64,000 bases of DNA from NCBI RefSeq assembly GCF_001447785.1, contig NW_015161948.1:856367-920366 (forward strand), written 5' to 3'. This DNA is from Gekko japonicus. Lineage: Eukaryota. The position numbers and the translations under genes are program-made. Positions 22,220 to 35,580 of the stretch are shown here, in pieces; position 1 is the first letter of the stretch; every line of letters starts with the position of its first letter. The notes below the pieces were generated by a model. It was given only the letters and a program-made list of their open reading frames with translations, had not been told where the DNA came from and searched no databases.

Positions 22220-23290
22220 AAGTACAGTGTACAGCCGTATCTGCTGATTTGCTCTATACGTGGAGTAACTCAGTTAAACCTGGGACGAATGGACTTTTTC
22301 TCTTAATGCAGCAGGGCCCTGGACTGACAACTCTGCCATCTCCCACCATTATGTCATTATTGCATTTCCCCACAAACTTGGTGCCATAAAACATCAAGCA
22401 TTGCAAAAATAAAATTCCACACTGCACACATTCTCTTAAGTCCCAGTCCTGTTTGTCATTGCTAAACAGGAGTAACAAAGATGAAATGCAGCACCACTGT
22501 AATATTACACTTACAGCCATGTTGTGTGTGCTTTGCAAGCACCTTTCTGCAAATCTGCATTGCTTTTGTCCTATGGTGGTATGAATTGTAGCGAGGCCCA
22601 TATAGGTGGAACTGTCACAAGACGGTTTTGTGGTTGGACCAGGTGGTTTATAGGTTTCTTTGTGGCCTGTATTGTGTGGAAGACAAGTTGTTCAGTGAAA
22701 GTCTTATTGAATGAAAAGGTACCTTAGATGGAAAAAATATTTCTGACCAAGCAAGCAGGATAGAAGTACAGTGTACAGCCGTATCTGCTGATTTGCTCTA
22801 TACGTGGAGTAACTCAGTTAAACCTGGGACGAATGGACTTTTAATGCAGCAGGGCCCTGGACTGACAACTCTGCCATCTCCCACCATTATGTCATTATTG
22901 CATTTCCCCACAAACTTGGTGCCATAAAACATCAAGCATTGCAAAAATAAAATTCCACACTGCACACATTCTCTTAAGTCCCAGTCCTGTTTGTCATTGC
23001 TAAACAGGAGTAACAAAGATGAAATGCAGCACCACTGTAATATTACACTTACAGCCATGTTGTGTGTGCTTTGCAAGCACCTTTCTGCAAATCTGCATTG
23101 CTTTTGTCCTATGGTGGTATGAATTGTAGCGAGGCACATATAGGTGGGACTGTCACAAGACGGTTGGAGCAGGTGGTCTATAGGTTTCTTTGTGGCCTGT
23201 ATTGTGTGGAAAAGTTGTTCAGTGAAAGTCTTATTGAATGAAAAGGTACCTTAGATGGAAAAAATATTTCTGACCAAGCAAGCAGGATAG
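22220..23290. repeat. ~540-bp direct tandem duplication
   Basis: 22220-22763 vs 22764-23290; differ by a few SNPs and short indels. Confidence 0.95.
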
Positions 23291-23569
23291 TGGAGAGGCT
23301 ATTTGCCGCTCCCAAATTTACAAATAATTGCAAGCAGGCAAGACAGATTTGAAGAATCCAGATAAATTATTGGATCCAAATTAAATGGCACACAGCTCTG
23401 ATCTTGTTTTGCTACAAACTAGGCAAATCTCTTTGGCGCAGACAATGCAGCTGAATCACTGGCAGAGTGAAAACATTTAGTACTAGGAAGCATGAGCCAC
23501 CTTCCTCATGACAGTTTCCAGAATTTTGGCTGCTAATAGAAATAGCCAAGGATATGTACGTATGTTTAT

Positions 23570-23770
23570 CAATGTTCCCTCTAAGCTGTGGAGTCTTGTG
23601 AGCAAAAATTCTACTTTGTGAGCTACTGGCATTAAAGTGAGTGAGGCATTTGGCTACTGCATAAATTAATTTGTTCTGGAGCCATCCTTCCTGAGCAAAG
23701 ACAAAAATGTGAGCTGGAGGCTAAAAAATTGTGAGCTAGCTCACACTAACTCAGCTTAGAGGGAACACTG
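23570..23770 (+). mobile_element. hAT MITE family A
   Basis: Both TIRs; perfect TSD ATGTTTAT. Confidence 0.92.
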
Positions 23771-24448
23771 ATGTTTATCTAGAAAAAGAGCTGTACAGGA
23801 CCTTGGGGCGTTAGCTGTTGGTATGATACTGAACAAAGACTTCCGCATCTTAAGAAGCCTCACCTTTCACCTGTACAAATTAGACACGATCCAGTTCAAG
23901 CCTTAAAAAATGCTCCATATTCCCACGTGCAGGAAAGAGATCAACGGGACTGAATTCCATCTGGGAGAGAAGGATTCAGAGGGGCACTAGGACGAATGGC
24001 AAAGATTGCCTTAGAAGTCAAGGTTTGTGCAGATCTCCAGAGAAGGGGTTTTTGAATGGTTTTGGTGCTTTCCAGTTTCACTTTGCAGTACAGAGCAGGA
24101 ATCACCCCAGGATGTGCTCACTGTGTTGCCAGGAGGCAGCTGTACAGACTGATCGGTCTGTGCTAGCCATCGATCTGCCTCTTGGTCGTACGGGCCGTTA
24201 CAGACGAGAACGCCCGACTGTGGGGACTGCAAGTGCTGAGCTGATGCATCTTTTAATTGGAGGCATCTGTATGCAGCTGCAGAGGTCACATGGGGTGATA
24301 CTTTTGATGCCAAAGAGAGAAGCTTAAGATGCTGCTTGCTTTGGTGGAATGCCATTGCAACCTCAAGCAATATTACAGGAGTGGGGTGCAACTGGGGATT
24401 CGTAAATTCTTTGCTATTTTATACAACATTTGACATGTGAGGCTGACC

Positions 24449-24678
24449 CAGAGGTCATTTCGGGGGGGGAACGTGCGGGAACGCAGTTCCCCCGGTGAGG
24501 TACGGGGGGGGGGCACATGGCAAAGGGGCCCCTCATGGGGTTCGGCAGTAGAGCTGCAAGGGCGGCGGCGGCGGCCGGGACCGTTGGGGGTGGGGTGTGT
24601 GGCCTTATGAAACACTTCTGGTGGGTGTGGCATATGCTAATGAGTTCCCCTAGCTCTTTTTCTACGAAATGACCCCCG
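24449..24678. mobile_element. hAT non-autonomous element family B (short form)
   Basis: TIRs CAGAGGTCATTTC / GAAATGACCCCCG; perfect TSD GGCTGACC. Confidence 0.85.
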
Positions 24679-25380
24679 GGCTGACCAGACATTACAGCCA
24701 TACACTGTTCCCAGCAATATGTATTGGGATAGTTTGCTTCAATCTGTAAATGAAATGAGGGAAGTAAAACATACATACAGTCTTGCCTGTTTGACTGTGT
24801 CATGCTTGTGAATAGACGAATCAAATTCAGCGGAGAAATAACAGCAGTAGAGAACTTTGTGTCAGGGCTGGCCCAAAGGTTTTTGGTACACTAGGCAGTC
24901 TATGATACACTAGACAGACTTGCCCTCCTTCCATTCAATATAGAGAAAAATGAGGAGTCTAGAATGAACTTTTTGGGATCCCAGCTTGTCATGTGGCAAG
25001 TACTACAGACTCAGCTGTATGACTGGCCGGCACTGGGCCTCTGAGTATGACACTGCTGCCAAACCACATTCCCATTCCTTTGAAACTATGCAGCAACACC
25101 TTTTCACTGTATTTGCATATGCTGCCACATTCTACAATGTGAATACTGTGTATAGTGCCACATTGTACAATTACAAGGTAACATGCACTGTTTTATAATT
25201 TGTACATATTAATTTTTTAATTATTAAAATTATAAATAAACATATTAATAAGATATCTTTAATACAGAAATCCACTTCTGTCTGCTTTGACATCTAGGCA
25301 GCCACCTAGTTCAACTATACGGTTGGGCCAGCCCCGGTTTATGAGTGTCCTCTGAATTGTTTCCTGCCAACCTTCATTAG

Positions 25381-25728
25381 GGTGGGGCTGTGGTGGCTCA
25401 GTGGTTAAGACGCTGAACTGCAGACCGGAAGGTCGGTAATGCAGCAGTTCAAGACCCAAGTGCCGTGTGATGGAGTGAGCTCCCATCTCTGACCCCAGCT
25501 CCTGCCAACCTAGCAGTTCGAAAGCAAGAAATTGCAAGTAGATAAATAGGTACCACATCGGTGGGAAGGTAACAGCGTTCCGTGCGCTTTGGCGTTTAGT
25601 CATGCCGGCCACATGACCACAGAAACGTCTTCGGCCAGTGCTGGCTCTTCAGCTTGGAAACGGAGATGAGCACCACCCCCTAGAGTTGGATTCGACTGGC
25701 TTTCGAGCAAGGGAAACCTTTACCTCAT
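25381..25728 (+). mobile_element. Sauria SINE, full length
   Basis: tRNA head GTGGCTCAGTGGTTAAGAC, core CCTGCCAACCTAGCAGTTCGAAAGC, ACCTTT tail; 10-bp TSD CCTTCATTAG. Confidence 0.88.
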
Positions 25729-26218
25729 CCTTCATTAGATTTTCTAGTAAAGAGCTAGAGCAGATGAAACATGTCTTGATTAAAGTCCAGTAGTGTCCCA
25801 GAAACCAACAAAATTTTGAGGGTGTGATCTTTTGAGAGCCAAAGTTCCCTATCTGAGAAAAGAAGCTTGTTGGGCTCTGAAGATGCTACTAGACGCAAAT
25901 CTAGCTCTTCTACTGCAGACCAGCACGGCCATCCTCCTGAAACTGAAACATGTCTTGATAACCAAGTATGGAAAAAGCTTTGCCAATCCCACCACAAGCA
26001 GCAGGGGGGGAAACCATCTGGCTAAAAATATTCTCTGCATCCCTGTGTCAGGTTCCGAGTGTGCCCCTCCCTCTGTATATGAGAGCTAGGCCGATGATGC
26101 CCCATTTTACCAGCTCTTCCCCCAAGCCCGCTCTCCTGTATTCCTGGAGGTACCAACAAAACCGCACCCCTTACAACGGGCTGCTTGAAATACATCTGCT
26201 TATGAAAGAGGGATGTAA

Positions 26219-26225
26219 AACCACA
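26219..26225 (+). promoter_or_regulatory. Candidate RUNX (OSE2) site in the PANX3 promoter
   Basis: AACCACA ~345 bp upstream of the ATG; Panx3 is a known RUNX2 target in mammals, but the motif is short. Confidence 0.35.
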
Positions 26226-26568
26226 AAGGCCCAGCCTCGCCTCACTATGCCTGTGGCAGGCCAAGGAACACGGTGTGCCCAGCGATCACAGTGCCGCTCT
26301 GCATGCTGCTCTATTTCTGGGACCAATGGCAATGATTGTCTTGCAGGGGAAAGGCTGCCTTGTAATTATAATTTGGTTTAGCAAACAGCCAGAGCTGTTA
26401 TTTTGCTGCTAAAGCTGTTATTTTACAACTGTCCAGTACTTAATGCCCTACAAATGAAGCTTTCAGTTCGACAAGCAAGATCAAACTGTTGCTTAGGTGC
26501 TGGTTGAGAGCAAACTGCAGTAGCATTTCCCTCTTCACTTCTCGGAGCTCAAGCCGTCCCAAGCAATC

Positions 26569-26749
26569 ATGTCTATCGCACACACCGCTGGCGAGTACAT
26601 GCTCTCAGATGCTTTGCTTCCGGACCCTAAAGGTTCCAGGGCAAAAGGACTTCGCTTGGAGTTATCGTGTGACCGTATTGTGAAGTTTGTCACAGTGGGC
26701 TTACCTCTCTTCTTGGTGTCCCTGGCGTTTGCACGGGAATTTTCCAGTG
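26569..26749 (+). CDS. PANX3: PANX3 exon 1
   Basis: ATG 26569; GTATGT donor at 26750. Confidence 0.95.
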
Positions 26750-29700
26750 GTATGTTAGTTTGTTCCTTTTTTAAAAATCTCTTCATTTGTACTGAGTTGC
26801 TAGATAAACTGCCCGGTTTTTAACCTGTCTTCCCCGTCTTTTGATAAAAAATTGAGAACATCTGATCCACCCAGCTCTATTGCCATGTCTAAAGTCAAGA
26901 ATAATTCATGGCGCATTATGCTGTCGACTTTCGCAATGTTCTCTGAATACTCAAATACTTGCTGGATATCTATCAAATATTTGATACCCATATGTGTATG
27001 TAACATCCTATGATGATTGATTTCAGTGTTTGTAAAGTAATGGCATTTGATGGATGACATGCAAAAGTATTTTTTATTGGCAGCTTGTGTGATTTCATAT
27101 CTGATGCCTGCCAAAAACTACCAAGAGATGCCAGCAAGCCCAAAGCATTCAAATTTCCAACTTGAAACTATTCAAAAATTAGAATTTCATTCAAATGTGA
27201 AATTTTTGCACTCCATATTTGAGATGAAATAGCAAACTTAGCAAAATGTGTAAAATGTATTTGTTTCTGCTCTGGTAAATTATAATGTATGTTATGTTAA
27301 TGTTCAGCCTACCTCATTTCTAGGACACAAGATATAGTAGGACCAATGTTCCCTCTAAGCTGTAGAGTCTTGTGAGCAAAAATTCTACTTTGTGAGCTAC
27401 GGGCCTTAAAGTTGTGAGCGAGGGATTTGGGGACTGCATAAATCAGTTTGCTCGGGAGCCGTCCTTCCTGAGCTAAGACAAAAATCTGTGAGCTGGAAGC
27501 TAAAAAACTGTGAGCTAGCTCACACTAACTCAGCTTAGAGGGAACACTGAGTAGGACCCCAGGACAATCAGAGCCAGCTCAGCAATACAGTCTTACTGAT
27601 GTTAAGCACTGTTAAGTCCCATGGAGTTCACTGTGGGGACAGTTTACAGCTCAATCCTGTGAATGCAGAGTTGGAAACAAGTGCCACTGTGTTAAGTGGG
27701 GTTTACTCTCCAGCAAGTACTGTATCACATGAATCACATGCTTGACTCTACCACTGCAGTCAATGGGTTCTTAAGTGCGGCATTTTGGTAGGATTGTGAT
27801 GTTCACAGAAAATCTGTAAGTATATATTGGGTGGAAAGTTCCATCAAGTCGCAATCCACTTATGGCAACCCCATAGTATTTTCAAGGCGAGAAACCCACG
27901 GCAGTGGTTTGTCAAGGCCTTCCTCTCTGTAACAATCCTGGACTTCCTTGGTGGTCTCCCATCCAAATATGAACCAGGGCTGACACTGCTTAGCTTCTGA
28001 GATCTGATGAGATCAAGCTAGCCTGGGCCATCCGACTGGAAATATCTGCAACATCAACACTTAGAGCATTCCAAATAGCCTGCACGATGAGGTGTGGTGT
28101 TTCTCTTAGTCCCTTTGATGCAGCCTACACAGCATGATGGGTGAAAATGAGAGAACACCAAGATGGGGCAGCAGCAACTATGTCTATTAATATCTGTAAC
28201 AACCAAACGAGTTTGTGTCAATGGGGGCCGATGTGTCTGTGGCTTTGCTAGTTTCTGTCTGAACTGAGCTAAGGCCGAGTGGATGCCGTTACCGGCCTGC
28301 CTCAGGAATTTTTTTTGTTAGGAGACAGAATGCCTGCATGATGTTGGGGTGGATCCAGAGGGAATAAACAAAACATTTGCTCCGGCTTGTCCCGATTCAG
28401 AAGGTAACTTTGGGGTTCCTTAAGGGTTTTAGTTTGAGTACACAGCTAAAACTGTGCACAGTGGTTAGTGACTAGTATTTTTGTGGCACTGAGAGTAAAG
28501 GGATGGCGCTTTGTCAACTATGATGGAGGGGGAAGAAAAAGTAATGAAAATGTAGAGGGGAATGAGTTTTAAGCGCAGTTAGAAACAGACCTGAAAAAAA
28601 AAGGTAGAGCTCAATGTGTTCAAAGATTTCCAGTTAGAGCACTGGTATTATTCTGTTAAGCCATGACCTAGATAGCCAAGCTAGCCCAGTCTCATCAGAT
28701 CTGAGAAGCTAAGCATGGTCAGCCCTGGTTAGTATGATGGGAGACCACCAAGAAGTCCAGAGTTGTTGTGCAGAGGCAGGCAATAGCAAATCAGCCCTGT
28801 ACACTGGTGGACTCAAAGACCCTATGAGATGTCACCATAAGGCAGCTGTGACTTGACGGCACTTTACACACACACACNNNNNNNNNNNNNNNNNNNNNNN
28901 NNNNNNNNNNNNNNNNNNNNNNNNNNNNNNNNNNNNNNNNNNNNNNNNNNNNNNNNNNNNNNNNNNNNNNNNNNNNNNNNNNNNNNNNNNNNNNNNNNNN
29001 NNNNNNNNNNNNNNNNNNNNNNNNNNNNNNNNNNNNNNNNNNNNNNNNNNNNNNNNNNNNNNNNNNNNNNNNNNNNNNNNNNNNNNNNNNNNNNNNNNNN
29101 NNNNNNNNNNNNNNNNNNNNNNNNNNNNNNNNNNNNNNNNNNNNNNNNNNNNNNNNNNNNNNNNNNNNNNNNNNNNNNNNNNNNNNNNNNNNNNNNNNNN
29201 NNNNNNNNNNNNNNNNNNNNNNNNNNNNNNNNNNNNNNNNNNNNNNNNNNNNNNNNNNNNNNNNNNNNNNNNNNNNNNNNNNNNNNNNNNNNNNNNNNNN
29301 NNNNNNNNNNNNNNNNNNNNNNNNNNNNNNNNNNNNNNNNNNNNNNNNNNNNNNNNNNNNNNNNNNNNNNNNNNNNNNNNNNNNNNNNNNNNNNNNNNNN
29401 NNNNNNNNNNNNNNNNNNNNNNNNNNNNNNNNNNNNNNNNNNNNNNNNNNNNNNNNNNNNNNNNNNNNNNNNNNNNNNNNNNNNNNNNNNNNNNNNNNNN
29501 NNNNNNNNNNNNNNNNNNNNNNNNNNNNNNNNNNNNNNNNNNNNNNNNNNNNNNNNNNNNNNNNNNNNNNNNNNNNNNNNNNNNNNNNNNNNNNNNNNNN
29601 NNNNNNNNNNNNNNNNNNNNNNNNNNNNNNNNNNCGAACAGTAGGTGGAGCCAGAGCCTATTAATTCTGCTTTTGTCCCCATTCTACCTGCAATTATACT

Positions 29701-32700
29701 AAAACATTTAAGCACCGCCGTAGTTTCTTAAAGCTTAACTCATGTGGCAGGACAAGGATTCCCAGCCTGTCATGTTTAAAAAGCTCTCCGCCTACAAATG
29801 GAGCACAGGGGACGGAGAGGCTTCAAACTTCCCTCCCAAGCGTTTTCACCACCTGAAACAGCACCAGGGCCCCCGTTTGACCCTATCTCTGTGACCACAT
29901 GTCCATCCCCTGTGAAGCCAGAAGAAGGGGCCAACGGGCCACCGTACTGCTGTTTCCCGTGCTGAAAATGTCTCAGGGTGGAAGCTCAAAGCCTGTCCCT
30001 CCCAGATGGCTCCTTCGTAGCTAAATGGGGAGTTTTTAAAAAGATGAGTCTGTGCTAGAACATATAATAGTGAGTCAGGTTATGAATGGATAAATTGAAA
30101 TGTTTATTCTCTGTTTTGTATTTCACATTGTATTTAATTTTATTGTTTTTTTTAAAAAAGGTCAGGAGCCCATGTCCTAAAGCCAAGGATTTTGTATTGT
30201 GTATTTTTTTTGCTGTTTCTAATGCAGGGATACCCAATATAGGGCGGGATACCCCGCCCCTTAGGCTTGCCTGCTCTCAGTTGGGAAATACCTGCTGATT
30301 TTGTGGGTGGAGCCTGGGGAGGATGGGGTATAGGAAGGGGAGGGACCTTGGGAGGGTATAATGAGACAGAGACCACCCTCCAAAGCAGCCATTTTCTCCA
30401 GGGGACTGATCTTTGTTGTCTGTAGATCAGGTATAAAAGTGGAAGATCTCCAGGAGCTACCTGGAGACTGGCAACCCTACCCTCCTCCTCCTCAAACTCT
30501 CCGAACAGAAAGGGAGGGTTTCTGAGACTAAGAAGGATATGTGCACAGCAGGTCTCACTCCGATTCATAATTCGCCAAAAACTCTAGCTCAATCATTAAT
30601 TTTCTATGTTGTAAAATAAAACAAAGCAAAGAGGTCTTTGGGTACATGTGAAATTGAAGCCGTTCCCTTATCACCAAGCAATCCCTTACAACCAGCCCAA
30701 ACCAGAATAACCCGAGTTCTAGAAAAGGGACTTTCAGGAACTGCAGCCTCTTTGCTTTCAAGTCTTAACATTTTCAAGTCTTAATAGGATAGATGGACTC
30801 CCATTCTAGCTGTATCTCAAGAAGTGAGCCGTGACTCACGAAAGCTCATCCCCTGCCACAGATTTTGTTAGTCTTTAAGGTGCTACTGGACTCTTGCTCT
30901 TTTCTACTGCTACGGAGAGACTAACACAGCTACCCATCTTGATCATTTTGAGAACGTTTGGGAAAGAAAATGACTGAGAGCATGGGCAGAGTGCCACTAA
31001 GTTACCACTAATGCTACAATCCTATGTATGTTTAACTAGAAGCAAGTCATTCTGTATTCAGGAGGATTCACTCTCATGCAAGTGAAGTGCATATGGGACT
31101 GCGGCCTCAAAGAGGTGTGGGTGGGCAAGTAAGTCTGTATCGGAAGGCTCCAGCCTTCTCCCTTAAATAGGTATTAGGTTCAACAACTGAGTTACTAAAG
31201 AACTTACCCTCCATAACCTGTCTGCTTCAAGTACCAGGGAGAAGGCTGAAAGCCAATATTCCCCCACCCCCTTACACTAAAAAAGAAGCTTCCAGAGTTC
31301 ATTGTGACACACGTACCTCTGAATGCTGGCAGGGTTGCCATCCTCCAGGTGGGAGCTGGGGGTCCCCCAGAATTGCAGCTGATCTCAAGGCAACAGAGAT
31401 CAGTTCCTCTGGAGAACATGGCTGCTTTGGAGAGTTGGCTCTACAGAGAGTTGTACCCCACTGAGGTCCCAGTCCTCTCCAGGCTCCGTCCTCAAATCCC
31501 CAGGAGTTTCCCAGCCTGGATCCAGTAAGCCTACCCCCCCTCATCCCACGCTGGTGGACAGGGGAGACCTGGCAGCCATATGCTTCTTTTCAGGCTTTCC
31601 CTTCTTACTAAAGAAAATGGCTGCCTTCTGGGTTTAGAGAGAGAGATGGGCTGAAAATGCATTTGTCTTTCCCACCGGTGTCCCAGCCTTTTGACTCCGT
31701 CTTCAAAAAAGCTGTCTACATTTGGTGTCGTTTTCACGCCTCAAGAGTGCTAGTATACTTTTGCACATCCACATATGTTTATCGTCCTTTCGGGGTGGCT
31801 CCACTGTCAGTGCACCTCTGCACTGCTTTAAAAGAATCTTCTCCAAACAACATTCAAACAAGCATAGAGAAAGACAGCGTCACAGCCGCATGAAACTAAT
31901 TTAAAAATGCAAATGCAGATTCGACCATGGAGTAAAAGGAGCACCAGTTTCTTTTTAAAATCCTGGACGGATTTATTCCGTTGTATAGGCCTGATTCCAA
32001 AGGGAGGTAAGGTGATGGAGGTGTTAAAGAGACAGTACACCTTTTCACTGGGGCTTTGGTAGCCATAACATTTCTCCATCTTGGAGAGTATTTGGTCAGG
32101 TTTTTTTACGTCCCCTCCCTCCTCTCTGGGAAAGAAATAAGATGGACAGTGCTGGTCAATGGATCCATTTACCAGTCAGGAATTCAAGAGGGAACAGCAG
32201 GGATGACTCCCTGCCCAACGAACTAATGTACTGGCGTGGGTGGACCTGGCTTAATGTTGAATAAAATCCCCTCTGCCTTTGTAGGGTGGGACTTGCTTTC
32301 TTAGAGGACTGAGTTAAGCAAGGATGAGGCAGGGTCCAGGGACTGACTCAGCTGACAGGCTGCAACCACCACCCCGACTCTAAGGGCAGCCTGAGTGGGG
32401 CACGACCCCATTTCCCTAGTGGACTGCCCCCCTAGAAAGATATGCATGCACCACTCTTATTGGGGTTGGGGACTATTGGAGGGCATCGAGCAGTCCTCTT
32501 CCTCCAATCTTAGAGTCTGTAGCAGGATGAGAAAAACAACTGTTTGCTCTGCCACCATTAGTAACATCTAAAGCTGACTTCCTGTACACTTGCCTTTGCA
32601 CTGCCTCAGAGCATTTTTTTTCTGTAAGGTTCCAATGGACAGAGCAGATGGGGACTAATGGGGATCATGCTTAAGGTTAACGACTGCATGTCCATCTTGC

Positions 32701-35543
32701 CTTCCATTTCAGGCTCCCAAATCAGCTGCTTTTCTCCTGGCAACTTCACAGGGAAGCAGTCTGCCTACGTTGACGCTGTGTGCTGGGATTCTTTGCTTCT
32801 CTATGAATCAGATGCTACAGGAGACTCAAGATCCAACTTCCTCTGGGTCCTCAAGGTACTTTTTTTTGCTTCAGAGGAAAAGGTTTTGGAGAACAACGGC
32901 TGATAGACTAGACCCAGACCCACTGTGTAATGTGTGCCCCAAGGGCCTTACATTTAGGAGACCTTGAAACCCCGATGTAGGTCAATATTCAGGAGGGAAC
33001 TCACTTGCACACCCCTCTCTCTCTTGCAACGTGATGCCTGAACTCTGCGAGCATGTTTCCCTCATAGGGAGAGGCAGTCTCATGAGTCATGAAAGAAAAG
33101 AGAGTTCTGTTTCTGAAATACTGATAGAAAAACATTGGTAGGCCAAATCAAAAGAAAACTGCATCCCAAACTGGGCTCCTCGGGACCTCTGGTTCCCTGT
33201 AAAGTGTATTCTATTTCCCACCCATTCACCCATGTCATGGTCCTGCCATCCTGTATACCTTTCCTAACACATTCTCCTTAAGTTGTCTGAGTTTCCATCA
33301 TTTATATGCACAGTCCTTCTTTACTCATATAGAGTATGTTTGTGTCAATCAGGGCGAATTGATAGCTTGGAACATTGCCTTTTGGAATGTGTGCTTTACT
33401 CAGATACAAGAGAATGATAGATTTCCCCACTTCTTCAAGGGAGGGCAAATATACCCGGCTGTCGGAGAGAAACAGAGTGCTCCTAGCAGGTATTGAACAC
33501 AAGGCCACTTGGGGGCTATTGCAAACATTCCCCCCCCCTCCCCAGGCTATTGCAAGATATAATATGAATACATAAATGAGTCCAAGAATGGAAGGTTATT
33601 AGGATTGTTTTTAACTTTATTAGTGTGATACTGTTCAAGGCCATTGGGTCAAATGAGTAGTTTCATTTAAGTATATATGCACTGAAGGGACATGTTAGAT
33701 CGCCGCTAACAAAGATCCGGAGAGTGTTTTCAGCAAAGTGAATCAGCTTTATTGTAAGGAACGAACAAGCGCTTAAAGCATTCATAACCAGAACAGATCT
33801 CCGGATCTTTGTTAGCGGCGATCTAACAATTGGCAACGAAGCTTAACATGGGAGGTGAATGAGGCGATTCATGTAAGACTTTCAATACATTACAGGACAG
33901 ATTCTCATTCTCTGGGACTGATCTTGCACAGCTCTTATTTGGGCTGACTCAGAAGACAACAGTCGCTTCAACAATCCCTTCCATGTTTTACCTCCCCCCT
34001 CAGGTCTTTCCATATTCCTTGCTGGTTATTGCCGTTGCCATGTATCTCCCTTACCTGCTCTGGAGATACGCTGCTGCCCCGTCGCTCAACTGTGACCTGT
34101 TCTTCATCATCGATGAACTGGATAAATCATACAACCGTTCCATTCGCTTGGTGCAGCACATGGTGAAACTGCAGCAGACCGGCACTGATCCCGAAGAATT
34201 ATGGGAAGAATATGACAAGTAAGCTTGACCTGGATTTCGAGAGCTTCCCTGATAGTCAGTTGCTCATTTGATGAGTGATTTTTTGTTCCATGCTTACAAA
34301 CCTGCATACAAACCAATTCCTGTTTGTTTCAAACTGTCTGAAGTATCTGCCTCCCCATGTCATGTCGTGCAGATTCCTTGGATGTCCTGTACACTGTCCC
34401 TTTAGCCCACGCGGAACTTGCGGAACTTAAACCAGTGGCATTATTACGTAACCTTCTGCAAATCCTGCTGATTCTTTTTGTAATCAGCATCCCCACTCTG
34501 CCCCCATTTCATCATCAATGGAGGCCTAGTTCTCTTTGGTAAACTTGTATTACTTCAGACTGGCTCAGATGAGTGAACGCTCATCCATATAAAACAATTC
34601 CCTCCCCCTAGAAATCTATGTCAGGGCAAGGCCGAGGGCTGCCAGGCTCCTGGTGGCACCTGAAGATCTCCCACTATTACAATTGATCTCCAGTCTCCAA
34701 AACAAAGATTACTTCCCCTGGAGAAAAAGGCTGTTTTGGAAGGTCGATTCAATGGCGTTATACCCTGCTGAGGTCCCTCCCCTCCCCAAACCCCACCCTC
34801 CCTAGGCCGCGCCCCCCAAATCTCCGGGTATTTCCCAACCCAGAGCTGGCAACCCTAAGGCTGGAACCTTTCTCCCTTGCATTTAGCTGTCTGTAGGCCC
34901 AGATGTTCCTGATTAGAAGAGAATCCAGTCACATGAAATCCCATGTCCAGTCTGAAATGATACATCCCAGATGTGAGTTTAAGAACTAGACCTTGTTCTC
35001 CACGGTAGCATGTATAAAACAGATGCTAGCTGTTGTAGAGCCGCTTAGCAGAATAGCAGTCTTTCAGTTTGTCTTGGCAACTGGGACATGGAATCACCAC
35101 ACCCATGCAGCTCCATGACACTGTGGTTTGTACATGCACACTGGAGTGGGAGGATGCGGGCGTGATTTAGCACATTTGCATCTCACTCTTCTTCTAAGGC
35201 GCTCAGGGCAGCAGTCATGGCTTCCCCTTCTGTTTTGTCCTGTGAGTTAGCTTAGGATGAGAAAGACTAGTGTAAGGTCATCGCATGCAGTTCTGCAGGG
35301 CCTGCAAGACAGAGCTGTTCGGCCAGGCCTTTGGCTGAGGCAGCGGGCGTCCACATATGGCCCCCCTGAGGTTGCCGTCTCCCACCTACTGATAACCGGC
35401 CCTACCTAGTTACATCAATGGGCCAGATTCTCGGCAAGGATGACTACTGATTATGTTTTCATGTGTTTTAAATTTTTATTGTATTTATTAAAATGCTGTA
35501 ACCTGCCCTGAGCCTGTTTACGGGATGGGCAGGATATAAATGC

Positions 35544-35580
<37 letters not shown>

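Noticed and set aside
22254-23139. Two near-identical 113-115 aa ORFs, like a tandem gene pair
   Set aside because: By-product of the 540-bp duplication; no coding signature or splice context.
25385-25455. Possible tRNA gene
   Set aside because: Head of a Sauria SINE with a TSD; no complete cloverleaf.
28853-29715. 263-aa and 283-aa ORFs
   Set aside because: Artefacts of translating an N gap; the same applies to ORFs over 39547-39610 and 55950-56010.
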